A stretch of 62,615 bases of DNA, the filler included, from Coriobacteriales bacterium (GTDB lineage Bacteria; Actinomycetota; Coriobacteriia; Coriobacteriales; UBA8131): assembly GCA_031263105.1 (NCBI GenBank). It is 7 parts of 7 records of this genome, joined end to end, with 100 filler letters (N's around TTAATTAATTAA, not from the genome) between each part and the next. Parts side by side here need not be neighbours in the genome. Positions count along the whole stretch, not along the records: positions 26,245 to 41,579 come from JAISGJ010000172.1; positions 41,680 to 55,531 come from JAISGJ010000174.1; 5 more parts are not named here. One strand, given 5' to 3'. The translations under genes and the position numbers were made by a program. Within the stretch, counting starts at the first letter, position 1, and every line of letters starts with the position of its first letter. Below the pieces are notes generated by a model. It was not told where the DNA came from. It was given only the letters and a program-made list of their open reading frames with translations, and searched no databases. Positions 37,518-46,455 of the stretch are shown here, one piece after another.

Positions 37518-38762
37518 GTGGCGTCTCGCAAGGGCGGGCCGAACCGCATAGAGGCCCGTGACTCCGCAAACGCCTACGCGGCCGCCGAGCAGGCGCGCCG
37601 TGGCATGCGCCCCGAGGCGCGCCGCGTGCTTGCCTGTGGAATAGCGATGCTGGTGCTCGTGCTGCTGGCGTGGATACTGCCCACCTATATGTTCGAGCAC
37701 TCGATGATGGACTTCACCCCGGCGGTGTTCTTCGACGCGACGGCCTACAACCTTGACGGGCTGGCGAGCGTCCTCACAGGCGGCGGTGGCTGGTTCGAGT
37801 ACCGCTTCATGGCGGTGGTGGTTTGCGCCGTCAGCGGGGCGGCCCTGGGGCTTACCGGCTCCACCTATCAGGGTGCCTTCAACAACCCGCTGGCGGCGCC
37901 CAAGACGCTCGGCGTCATGGCGGGCGGCGCGGTCGGAGCCCTCGTCTTCGTGCTGTTCCTCCAAGGCGTGGGGCCCCAGATGCCGGGCAGCGGAGAAGGG
38001 GTGACCCTACAGCAGGTCGGCATCTGGATGGCCAGCCTCAGCCCCTTCGAGTGGTTCTGGGTGCGGTACGGCGAGTGCCTCTGCTCCATGGCGGGCTGCT
38101 TCCTCGTCGTGGGCGTCGTCATCGCACTCACCTCGGCCATCGGCCACGGCAGGATGTCCAACATCATCGTCATCATCTTCGGGCAGGTGTTCGCGGGCAC
38201 CGTCACGGCCGTCATCTCCTTCTGCCGCTGGTTCTTCACCCGCAATGGCGGCATCGACATGGCCGACCAGCTGCGCGAGATAGAGAACTACACGATGGTA
38301 CGCACCTACTACTTCCACGACCTGCTGATTATCGTGCTTCCCATAGCGGTGTGCATGGTGGTGGTGCTGCTGCTGCGGAACCGCCTGACCCTGCTCTCCT
38401 TCGGCAGCGATGAGGCCGCCGCCATGGGCGTGAACGTCAACCGCACGCGCTACCTCATGATCGCCATCTGCACGGTGATGACGGCCATCGCCATATCGTT
38501 CTGCGGGCATGTGGCCTTCCTCGGCTTCATCTCTGCGCACCTTGCGCGGCGCATCGTGGGGCCGGACTTCAAGTACCTGCTCCCGGCCAGCGTCTTCGTG
38601 GGAGGGGGCCTGCTCACGCTCATCCAGTACCTGTGCCAGTCGGGCCTGCCCTACACCTCGCCGTACTCCGCCGGCCTCACCTGCTCCATCGTGGGCGCCG
38701 GCCTGTTCCTGTTCGTGGTGCTGCGGCAGCGGGGGAAGGGCGGCACCGGTGACTGGCGATAG
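37518..38762 (+). CDS. FecCD/BtuC-family ABC permease 1
   Basis: SGAALGLTGSTYQGAFNNPLAAPKTLGV, LLSFGSDEAAAMGVNV and GHVAFLGFISAHLARRIVG. Confidence 0.9.
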   Translation: MASRKGGPNRIEARDSANAYAAAEQARRGMRPEARRVLACGIAMLVLVLLAWILPTYMFEHSMMDFTPAVFFDATAYNLDGLASVLTGGGGWFEYRFMAVVVCAVSGAALGLTGSTYQGAFNNPLAAPKTLGVMAGGAVGALVFVLFLQGVGPQMPGSGEGVTLQQVGIWMASLSPFEWFWVRYGECLCSMAGCFLVVGVVIALTSAIGHGRMSNIIVIIFGQVFAGTVTAVISFCRWFFTRNGGIDMADQLREIENYTMVRTYYFHDLLIIVLPIAVCMVVVLLLRNRLTLLSFGSDEAAAMGVNVNRTRYLMIAICTVMTAIAISFCGHVAFLGFISAHLARRIVGPDFKYLLPASVFVGGGLLTLIQYLCQSGLPYTSPYSAGLTCSIVGAGLFLFVVLRQRGKGGTGDWR

Positions 38763-40035
38763 CGACAAGAGGCAGGGCCGCATCCCGGCCTACGTCTCCC
38801 GCATCATCGAGAGCGCCCGCACGCTGCGCGAGCGCGGCGCCTTCGAGCCGCCTCCGCGCGTCGTGGGGGACGCGATCTCGGCGGCCATGGCCAAGGCCGG
38901 GACACGCGCCCAAGGCCGGGACACGCGCACGGTGGTCATGGCCTTTGCCCTGGCAACGGCCTTCATCGCTGCGCTCTCGCTCTGTCTGCCATACCGGGGC
39001 ATCGACACGATGGGTTACGGCGGCACGATCTACTCGCCCACCGACGTGCTCGACTGCTACAGGCTCTGGTTCGACCTCAACGTGGCGCCGCTGTTCGACA
39101 ACACGCTCTACAACCTCACGGCCTTGAAGCTCGCCCAGTTCGCCGAGACGCACGAGGGCGGCATGTACACGATGGTCACGAACCGCGCGATGGTCACGGC
39201 GATAGTCGTGATCTGCGGCATGATGCTCGCGGTCTCGGGCCTGCTGTTCCAGACCTCGTTCAGAAACCCCTTGGCCACCCCCTCGATGCTCGGCGTGTCG
39301 GACGGGGTGACGCTGGGCTGCATCGTCTTCGCCTGGTTGGGCAACGGCTCAATCTCGGAGGATCCCGTCCTGTACCTGCTCTGCGTGTACGGCTTCGGCG
39401 CGGCCACGGTGCTGGTGGTGCTGCTCTTGTCCCGAGGCATCAGCGGCGGGGCGCGCTACAACGTCTTCGACATGCTGCTGTTGGGAACGGTCATCACCCA
39501 GCTTCTGGGCGGCGTCAACGCCTTCGTCCAGAACTTCGTGATGGACTATGGCACCTGGCAGCTGTTCTACGACGTGCAGCAGGCCACGGACGCCCTGCGC
39601 GAGCCCTTGGTGAGGCAGGTGGTCGTCGCCGTCTTCGTGCTGACCCTGCTGCCTGCGCTGGTGCTGCGCTTCCGTTTGAACCTCATCGCCTTCAGCAACG
39701 ACGAGGGGCGCATGATGGGCGTGCGCACGGGGGTCTTGCGGGGGCTGGCGCTGGTGCTGGGCGCGTCCATGCAGCTGGCGGCCATCGCCTCCATCGGGCC
39801 GGTCGCCATGCTGTCTCTGGCGGTGCCCTTCCTCGTGCGCTACCTGATGCCGAGCGACTTCCGCAGCCAGTTTCTCGGCAACTGCCTCATCGGCACGGCG
39901 CTGCTTCTGACCTGCATGCTGATCCAGCACTTCGCCGTCATCGACATCATCACGGTGCCCGTGGGGACCATCGTCAGTTTGCTCATCATACCCTTCTTCG
40001 TCTGGGTCGTGGCGCTCGGCCGGGGGAGGTGGTAG
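38749..40035 (+). CDS. FecCD/BtuC-family ABC permease 2
   Basis: GTG 38749 overlaps the end of permease 1. GMMLAVSGLLFQTSFRNPLATPSMLGV and LIAFSNDEGRMMGV. Confidence 0.88.
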   Translation: MTGDSDKRQGRIPAYVSRIIESARTLRERGAFEPPPRVVGDAISAAMAKAGTRAQGRDTRTVVMAFALATAFIAALSLCLPYRGIDTMGYGGTIYSPTDVLDCYRLWFDLNVAPLFDNTLYNLTALKLAQFAETHEGGMYTMVTNRAMVTAIVVICGMMLAVSGLLFQTSFRNPLATPSMLGVSDGVTLGCIVFAWLGNGSISEDPVLYLLCVYGFGAATVLVVLLLSRGISGGARYNVFDMLLLGTVITQLLGGVNAFVQNFVMDYGTWQLFYDVQQATDALREPLVRQVVVAVFVLTLLPALVLRFRLNLIAFSNDEGRMMGVRTGVLRGLALVLGASMQLAAIASIGPVAMLSLAVPFLVRYLMPSDFRSQFLGNCLIGTALLLTCMLIQHFAVIDIITVPVGTIVSLLIIPFFVWVVALGRGRW

Positions 40036-40038
40036 GGG

Positions 40039-41421
40039 ATGGCGGCTTCGGGTGCAGCGGCCCCGAACCGGGGTCTGCGCGGGGTCGCGCGGCGCGTGGG
40101 TTCCCGGGTGGGCCGCTCGGCGGGCTCCGGCGCGGGCCGGTCGCCCGGGCGCGGCCCAGCCCGCCGCCCCGCCGCTTCCCGTCTCGGTGCGCGCGTGGGC
40201 CGTGTGCTGCTGGTGCTGGGCGCGGTGCTGCTGCTGGTGCTGCCCGTGCTGCTCATCGCCCATCCGATAAGCTACGTGCCCCTGGTGGCGGCCGTTCTCC
40301 TCGTCATCGTGTCGTGGGTCTACCTGCAGCTGCTGCGCCGTGCGCCTACCATCAGCGTGGCCCAGATGTCCGCCTCCTGTGAGCGCGGGCAGCAGGCGGA
40401 GCTGGCCGTGGCTCTCTCCAACTCCTCGGTGCTGCCCTTTCCGCGCATCGACATGGAGTTCTTCGTCACCGACCTGTTCGGCAGCTACGACGAGGTGACG
40501 AGGCTCACCTGCGCCCTGGGCTCGCGCGAGTCGACCACCCTCGACTTCGGCGTGCGCTTCGCGCATCTGGGCACCTACGAGGCGGGCATCGACCACGTGG
40601 TGCTGCACGACCTGCTGGGGCTGTTCAGCTCGCGCCTCTCAGACAGCATGCGCCGCTCGGTGGTGGTGCGCCCGCGCAAGGTGGACATGGCTTCGGTCAA
40701 TGCCATGCAGGTCGTCCTCGACGAGAGCCGCAACATGCTCAAGCCCGTCGCCTCCGACGACATGGACTACGCCAACGTGCGCGAGTACCGCTACGGCGAC
40801 CCGCTCAAGACCATCCACTGGAACCTCTCCGTGCGCAACCCCGGCCACGTCATGTACGCGCGCCTCTACGAGGCCTACGTCAACCCCTCGCTGGCCGTCG
40901 TGATGGACCCCTACTCCCCAAGCCACGGGCCGGAGGAGCTGATGAGCCTGTTCGACGGCATGGTGGAGTGTGCCGTCGCGCTCTCGGCGCAGGCCCGCGA
41001 GGCGGGTATCGACGCCGAGATCCGCTACCTCGACAGCACCCACAACCCCGCATCGGTGCGCCTTGCCGCAGCGGCGGACGCCGACGACCTGGTGGGCGGG
41101 ATGCTGCGCATCACGCCCTTCGAGGACGCAGGGACATATGCGGCCGGCCCCGAGCAGATGCTCAGGAGCGTAGGCCTTGCGACGCACGGCTCCGGCAACG
41201 TCGCACTCGTGACCTCGCGCATCGACGCGGGCCTGCTCACGGCCCTCACCGAGATACGCATGCGCCGCCGCAACGTCATGGCCTTCGTCGCCGTCCCCCG
41301 CACGCTGGAAGGCAAGAAGCGCGAGGCCTTCCTTGCCCCCCTGCGCAACCTCGGCGCAGTAGGGATAGCCTATTACGTGGTCGAGTCCACCGAGGTGGAA
41401 ACAAAGGTGGTGGGCCTGTGA
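40039..41421 (+). CDS. DUF58 domain membrane protein (MoxR-associated family)
   Basis: Two N-terminal TM helices, HDLLGLF and VREYRYGDPLKTIHWNLS (DUF58 signature). Confidence 0.88.
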   Translation: MAASGAAAPNRGLRGVARRVGSRVGRSAGSGAGRSPGRGPARRPAASRLGARVGRVLLVLGAVLLLVLPVLLIAHPISYVPLVAAVLLVIVSWVYLQLLRRAPTISVAQMSASCERGQQAELAVALSNSSVLPFPRIDMEFFVTDLFGSYDEVTRLTCALGSRESTTLDFGVRFAHLGTYEAGIDHVVLHDLLGLFSSRLSDSMRRSVVVRPRKVDMASVNAMQVVLDESRNMLKPVASDDMDYANVREYRYGDPLKTIHWNLSVRNPGHVMYARLYEAYVNPSLAVVMDPYSPSHGPEELMSLFDGMVECAVALSAQAREAGIDAEIRYLDSTHNPASVRLAAAADADDLVGGMLRITPFEDAGTYAAGPEQMLRSVGLATHGSGNVALVTSRIDAGLLTALTEIRMRRRNVMAFVAVPRTLEGKKREAFLAPLRNLGAVGIAYYVVESTEVETKVVGL

Positions 41422-41579
41422 GCACTGTCGACAAAGGTGGCGGGCCTATGAGCACTGTCGACAAAGGTGGCGGGCCTATGAGCACTGTCGACAAAGGTGG
41501 CGGGCCTATGAGCACTGTCATCCCGAGCGGAGGGGCGTAGCCCCGCCGGCGACGGGTCCTCGGGTGCGGTGCCGCCGCC
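41401..41579. repeat. 30-bp tandem repeat x4 fused to a truncated family A element
   Basis: ACAAAGGTGGYGGGCCTRTGAGCACTGTCR at 41401, 41431, 41461 and 41491, continuing CACTGTCATCCCGAGC into the contig end. Confidence 0.88.
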
Positions 41580-41679
41580 NNNNNNNNNNNNNNNNNNNNN
41601 NNNNNNNNNNNNNNNNNNNNNNNTTAATTAATTAANNNNNNNNNNNNNNNNNNNNNNNNNNNNNNNNNNNNNNNNNNNN
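41580..41679. other. Artificial contig spacer
   Basis: N run with TTAATTAATTAA. Confidence 0.98.
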
Positions 41680-41744
41680 CCCCCCGAACGCCTCGCGTAC
41701 AGGTGTGTGGGTTCCCCGTCCGGCAGCGGCTCGGCGCCTGCCCT

Positions 41745-43754
41745 TCAGTGGTGGCGGTAGAGCTGGTAGTTGTGCAGGTAGCCGGCGAACTCGGCCGAGG
41801 TGTCGGAGTTGTAGCTGCGCCAGGCCTTGTGGTCGATGATCTTGCTCTTGAAGCCGTAGTAGGCGTCGATGTAGCGGATAAGGTCGTCGAGGGCTGTGAG
41901 CTGTGCCTCGGTGTAGGGGTACGAAAAGTCGCCGCTGACGTGCACCATCTCGATGCCGATGGACCAGGCGTTCATGCCGTAGTCCGGCGCCCAGGAGCCT
42001 ATGGGCTTGGAGCCGAGCATGTCGTCGCGTCCGTCCTCCCGGATCCCGTAGAACGAGTTGTGCCCGGCATCGCCGTATCCTGCATGATGGGCGATACGAT
42101 CCATGCCGACGCATTGGTGGATCGCGCCGTCACGGTCGACGATGAAATGCGCGGCGACGAGGTTGCCGTTGCCTGCCCAGCCGGAGATGATGTTCGCGGG
42201 AGAGGCGATGCCCTCGGTGTCGTGCAGCACGATGTACTTCTGGTAGGCCGCAGGCTTCGGCCCGTGGTCGAGGGTCGAACGGAGGTCCTCGACGATGGCG
42301 GGCTTCGCCACATACGCCGTCGCCCTGAAGCTGAACTTCTGCGCCTTGCGGTCGCTGTTGGTCGTCACGGCCACGGCGTTGGCGCCGGCCCCGCCCGTGC
42401 CCGTGCCCGCCAGCCAGGCCCCGGACTTGGACTGGAGCCAGAACCACCCGTCGCCCGTCGGCACGGGCCTCCACCTCTGGGAGGCCGCCTTGGAGGCCCT
42501 CTGCTGCCTCACGTCGGCTGCCTTGGAGGACGTGGCAGCACCTGAGTCCAGCGCCATGCCCGAGGCGGCGTTCGTGAGCGTGTACCAGCCTCCCCCCTCG
42601 TAGGCGAGTTCCCACTTCTGGCCGCCCCCTGCGGAAAGGCCCGCCGCCGCAGGGCGCTGCATCCTCACGTCGGCGCCGGCGGCGAGGGACGCGCCCTGCA
42701 CCCCCGCCCTGGCGCCCGTGGCGGAGAGGAGCGCGTAGGTGCCCGGCGCCACCGCCACGCAGGGGCGGAGGCGCCACGCCTGTGCGGCCGTGGCGCGCGG
42801 GGCGGCGGCGCACACGTCGCGCCCCGAGAGCGCCATCGCGTCGCCCGTGGCCTCGTTCGTGAGCGACACCCCTCCCGCCGCCCAGGCAGCCCGCCACCTC
42901 TGGTGCGCGGTGGGGCCTGCGACTGCTGCGGCGCGCTGGATGACATCTGCACCTTCCTGGGTGAGGTATTTACCGGAGGCCAGCGAGCGCAGTGCGTACA
43001 CGGAGCGCGACGTGCGCACGACCTGGAAGCGCTGGGCGGCCGTCCCGTTGGCCTCGAATGCGCGCGCGTCGGCGCCCGAGGCGCGCGACGCGCCCTTTAT
43101 GTCGACGCGCAGCGAGGTCGCGGCCCTGGGCGTTATCTCCGCGTAGCCGGCCGACAGCGGCTCGGACGTCACCGGCGCGAGGCGGAAGGTTCGGTCGGCG
43201 CGGCGCGCCTGCCCGCCCTGCACGAGCAGCGCACCCTGTTTCGCCTTGCCGCCCGAGACGCAGAGCGCGAGGCCCGAGGCCTTGCACACGAGCAGCCAGG
43301 CGCCCCCTGCGCCCTCCTTGACCTCCCACCTCTGCGCGGCCGTTGCATTGGGGGTGTACTGCTGGACCGCCGCCCCCGGCTTCTTCGAGGCCGCCGCCAC
43401 GTCAAGGGCCAGGCCGGAGGCCACCGAGCGTATGGTGTAATAACCATCAGCACCCAGCGTGAAGGAGAACATCTGGGCGGGGGTCGCGTTCCCGCGCCAC
43501 AGCTGCACGCGCGCGCCCCGCTCGTCGCTCGCGCCGGGCACGTCTAACACGTAGGAGCGGCCGAGGGCCGAGCCTATCGTGTAGACGCCGTCGGCGACCG
43601 TGCGGCCCTTCTCGGCCCTGGGTGCGGCCTGTGTGGTGAGGTTGTCTGCCGCCTCCTCTGCATCTGCGTCGGGTGCCGCTCCCGTCCCAAGAACGAGAAG
43701 CGCGGCGAGCAGGGTGGAGGCAAGCGCTCGCAGTGCGTTTCGTGGCATCTTCAT
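41745..43754 (-). CDS. Secreted N-acetylmuramoyl-L-alanine amidase (Amidase_2) with ricin-type beta-trefoil domains
   Basis: RBS GAGGAG and a signal peptide. Repeated LDV...VQ...AQRW/QKW (QxW) units. C-terminal YIVLHDTE, AHFIVDRDG, NAWSIGIEM and IDHK. Confidence 0.87.
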   Translation of the reverse strand: MKMPRNALRALASTLLAALLVLGTGAAPDADAEEAADNLTTQAAPRAEKGRTVADGVYTIGSALGRSYVLDVPGASDERGARVQLWRGNATPAQMFSFTLGADGYYTIRSVASGLALDVAAASKKPGAAVQQYTPNATAAQRWEVKEGAGGAWLLVCKASGLALCVSGGKAKQGALLVQGGQARRADRTFRLAPVTSEPLSAGYAEITPRAATSLRVDIKGASRASGADARAFEANGTAAQRFQVVRTSRSVYALRSLASGKYLTQEGADVIQRAAAVAGPTAHQRWRAAWAAGGVSLTNEATGDAMALSGRDVCAAAPRATAAQAWRLRPCVAVAPGTYALLSATGARAGVQGASLAAGADVRMQRPAAAGLSAGGGQKWELAYEGGGWYTLTNAASGMALDSGAATSSKAADVRQQRASKAASQRWRPVPTGDGWFWLQSKSGAWLAGTGTGGAGANAVAVTTNSDRKAQKFSFRATAYVAKPAIVEDLRSTLDHGPKPAAYQKYIVLHDTEGIASPANIISGWAGNGNLVAAHFIVDRDGAIHQCVGMDRIAHHAGYGDAGHNSFYGIREDGRDDMLGSKPIGSWAPDYGMNAWSIGIEMVHVSGDFSYPYTEAQLTALDDLIRYIDAYYGFKSKIIDHKAWRSYNSDTSAEFAGYLHNYQLYRHH

Positions 43755-43861
43755 AGCTGTCTCCTCAAAATCAGCAAAAGCGATGCGCATCGCAGTATAG
43801 TGCAAGTCCGGCATCTGCGTGGGGTATACTGTGTGTCTGGATTTACGGCTGTCGCCTGCGC

Positions 43862-44090
43862 GCTACAGTTCACTCTCCACTGTCATTCCGAGCGCAGCGA
43901 AGCGAAGCCGAGGAATCTTCGGGTTCGAGCGCCCGGAAAACGCACCGCGTTCTCAGCGAGGACGGGCCGACAGGCCCACGGAACGCGAGGCGACCGACTG
44001 CGGTCGTGAGATGTTTCGACCTGCGGTCGGCTGCTTCGCAGCCGAAGATTCCTCGGCGGGACTCGGAATGACAGTGGTGTGAACAGTAAT
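43862..44090. repeat. Complete family A element, flanked by GCCTGCG direct repeats
   Basis: GCTACAGTTCAC..CCACTGTCATTCCGAG ... CTCGGAATGACAGTGGTGTGAACAGTAAT. GCCTGCG at 43854-43860 and 44091-44097. Confidence 0.88.
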
Positions 44091-44175
44091 GCCTGCGTTT
44101 CCGATGCGTACCTGCTGCAGGCAGCGGCTCCGCAGAGAAGACGTGCCCGTGTGCGGCACATGACGAGAGGAAGCC

Positions 44176-44451
44176 ATGAAGACAAGGACCGTCCTGTCCG
44201 TGCTCGGCAAGGATCGCAAGGGCGTGGTCGCCACGGTCGCGACGACCCTGTACGAGGCGGGTGCGAACATCGACGACATCCAACAGACGCTCCTTGCGGA
44301 CATGTTCTCGATGACGATGCTCGTCACGGTCGACGAGGAGCTGTGCGGCTTCAACGAGCTGCAGGAGCGCCTTGCCGCAGACAGCGAGAAGCTCGGCATG
44401 CAGATCAGCCTTCAGCGCGAGGACGTGTTCACCTTCATGTACAAGGTCTGA
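44176..44451 (+). CDS. ACT domain protein (UPF0237 family)
   Basis: VLSVLGKDRKGVVATV...ANIDDIQQT...FSMTMLV...QREDVFTFMYKV. RBS GAGGA. Confidence 0.9.
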   Translation: MKTRTVLSVLGKDRKGVVATVATTLYEAGANIDDIQQTLLADMFSMTMLVTVDEELCGFNELQERLAADSEKLGMQISLQREDVFTFMYKV

Positions 44452-44463
44452 GTCCTGCAGGCG

Positions 44464-46185
44464 TCAGCCCTGTGCCAGCGCACAGCCGAGGTCGAGGAGG
44501 GCCTCCACCTGTGCGGCGTCGGCTGCCTCCGCGTAGACGCGCACGAGGGGCTCGGTGCCCGAGGGGCGCACGAGCAGCCAGGCGTCTGAGGCAAGCTCGA
44601 ACTTGATGCCGTCGCTGCGGTCGAGGGAGACGAGCGTTTCGCCAAGGGGTTCGAACAGGCTGCGATAGCCGTCCAGCGCCGCGCTGCCCGCGCTGCTGCC
44701 CGTCGTGCCGTCGCCCGTGTCGTCCTCCGCAGGCGCGTCTGTTCGGACGTGGACGTGCGCCGCAAGCAGTGCGTCCTTCTGCGCGGGCGTCAGGCGCAGG
44801 TCCCTGCGCGCGTACTCGAGGGTTCCCAAGGTGGCGAGCATCTCGTCTGTCAGCTCGCGGAGCCCCTTGCCCTTCTGTGCCATGAGCTCGGTGAGCATGA
44901 GGGCCATGAGCAGGCCGTCGCGTTCGCGGACATGGCCGGGGACGCCCATGCCTCCGGACTCCTCCCCGCCGATGAGCACGTCGCCTTTGAGCATCTCCCC
45001 GTAGATCCATTTGAAGCCGATAGGCCGGGTGGTCAGTTCCAGCCCCAGGCGCTCGCACTGACGGCGCAGGAGGTTGGAGCCGGCCTGCGTGCGGACGACC
45101 CTGCCGGTCTGCCCCCGGTCCTCCACGAGGTGTGCGATGAGCAGGGCGAGTATGCGATGGGAGGTCACGTAGGTGCCCGTCTCGTCCAGGGCCCCGATGC
45201 GGTCCGCGTCCCCGTCGGTGACGAAGCAGGCGTCAAAGCCCCGCTCGGCGACCGCGCGGGCGCCGACCTCGACCCAAGGGAGGATGGGCTCAGGGTGCAG
45301 GCCGTTGAAGCTGGGGTCGTCGTCCCCGTTGACCTCCAGCACCGTGACGCCCATGCGCTTGCTGCCGAGCAGCCCGGCAAGGTAGCCGCGCCCGGCACCG
45401 AACAGGGGGTCGACGACGACGCGCAGGGCGGCGGCGGCTATCGCCTCGGCGTCCACGAGGCCCGCCAGGTCGTCGAGGTAGGGGGACATCAGGTCGATGA
45501 AGCGCAGGCCAGGGGCCGCATCGAGCGGCAGGGCAGGGGAGGCGGGCGTTCCGTTCGTCGCCTCGGCGAAGGCCGCAAGCGCCTCGTCGAAGGCGGCGGG
45601 CATCTCGTCGAGCAGCGCCCCCTCGACCTCGTCGGTGAACTCCGCCGGGGAGGCCCCTCCGTCGGCCATCCTCAGTTTTATCCCCAGATATTCGGCGGGG
45701 TTGTGGCTCGAGGTGAGCATGAGGCCGCCCACCGCCCGAGGATCGTGGGCTATCGTCCAGCACAGCGCGGGCGTGGGGCAGTAGCGGTCGGAGACAGCGA
45801 CATCGAAGCCGTAGGAGGCGAGCACGGCGGCGACCAGTGCGCTGTAGCGCCCCGCGTCGCGGCGGCAGTCGTAGCCGACGATGAGGGTGTTGGGGCAGAC
45901 GGCCTCGTCGGAGGCCTCGATGGCAGGGGCGGCGGAAGAAGGGGCGCCCTTGGAAGCCCGTGCATCGCCGGAAGGTCGTGCGCTGTCAGGATGAGGGTGG
46001 CGACGGCGGAACACGCGGGCGGCGGCATCGGCGACGCGTGCGACGGTCCGGGGATTGAAGTCCTCGCCGAGTATCGCCCGCCAGCCGTCGGTGCCGAAGT
46101 GCACGGGGTCGATGCGGGGGTTTTCGGTTGGAAGGTCGTCGGGGGGTGCCGCCGCTGGCGTTGCCGCAGGGTTCGATTCGCTCAT
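44464..46185 (-). CDS. Phosphoglucomutase/phosphomannomutase family protein
   Basis: FGTDGWR, TSSHNP, HPEP, DGDADR, GEESGG and VRPSGTEP. Start at 46185 or 46200. Confidence 0.94.
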   Translation of the reverse strand: MSESNPAATPAAAPPDDLPTENPRIDPVHFGTDGWRAILGEDFNPRTVARVADAAARVFRRRHPHPDSARPSGDARASKGAPSSAAPAIEASDEAVCPNTLIVGYDCRRDAGRYSALVAAVLASYGFDVAVSDRYCPTPALCWTIAHDPRAVGGLMLTSSHNPAEYLGIKLRMADGGASPAEFTDEVEGALLDEMPAAFDEALAAFAEATNGTPASPALPLDAAPGLRFIDLMSPYLDDLAGLVDAEAIAAAALRVVVDPLFGAGRGYLAGLLGSKRMGVTVLEVNGDDDPSFNGLHPEPILPWVEVGARAVAERGFDACFVTDGDADRIGALDETGTYVTSHRILALLIAHLVEDRGQTGRVVRTQAGSNLLRRQCERLGLELTTRPIGFKWIYGEMLKGDVLIGGEESGGMGVPGHVRERDGLLMALMLTELMAQKGKGLRELTDEMLATLGTLEYARRDLRLTPAQKDALLAAHVHVRTDAPAEDDTGDGTTGSSAGSAALDGYRSLFEPLGETLVSLDRSDGIKFELASDAWLLVRPSGTEPLVRVYAEAADAAQVEALLDLGCALAQG

Positions 46186-46220
46186 GGTGCCCACTCTCAT
46201 ACGCAGTAAAGGGACCCTCG

Positions 46221-46382
46221 GGGAGAGCCTCTCCCGGAAAAAGCGCCGAACCTACGCAGAGATGGACACGTTGGAGGCGAGGGGCGTCGTAGCAGGATCT
46301 CTCCTGCTCGCAACCAACGTGCCCATCTCTGCGATCGCCGCATATGACGGACGATAGGTTTCTGTGGCAACCTATTATGGCA
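46221..46382 (-). promoter_or_regulatory. Putative promoter and highly structured leader upstream of the phosphohexomutase gene
   Basis: Minus-strand TG-C-CATAAT (46382-46374). A 20-bp inverted repeat (46255-46274/46314-46333) encloses an inner hairpin, with an extra hairpin at 46221-46235. Confidence 0.45.
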
Positions 46383-46455
46383 CAAACTGTGGGACTTGGC
46401 TACGCAAGTTGGAAGTATCGGGAAAAATGTCGCAAGCGGGGTCGCGGACGGTAGG

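Noticed and set aside
46240..46375. AGCGCCGAACC followed by a long stem as a glmS ribozyme
   Set aside because: It lacks the downstream GACGAGG...UAUCGA...GGCGGAUGCC core and is on the strand opposite the adjacent gene.
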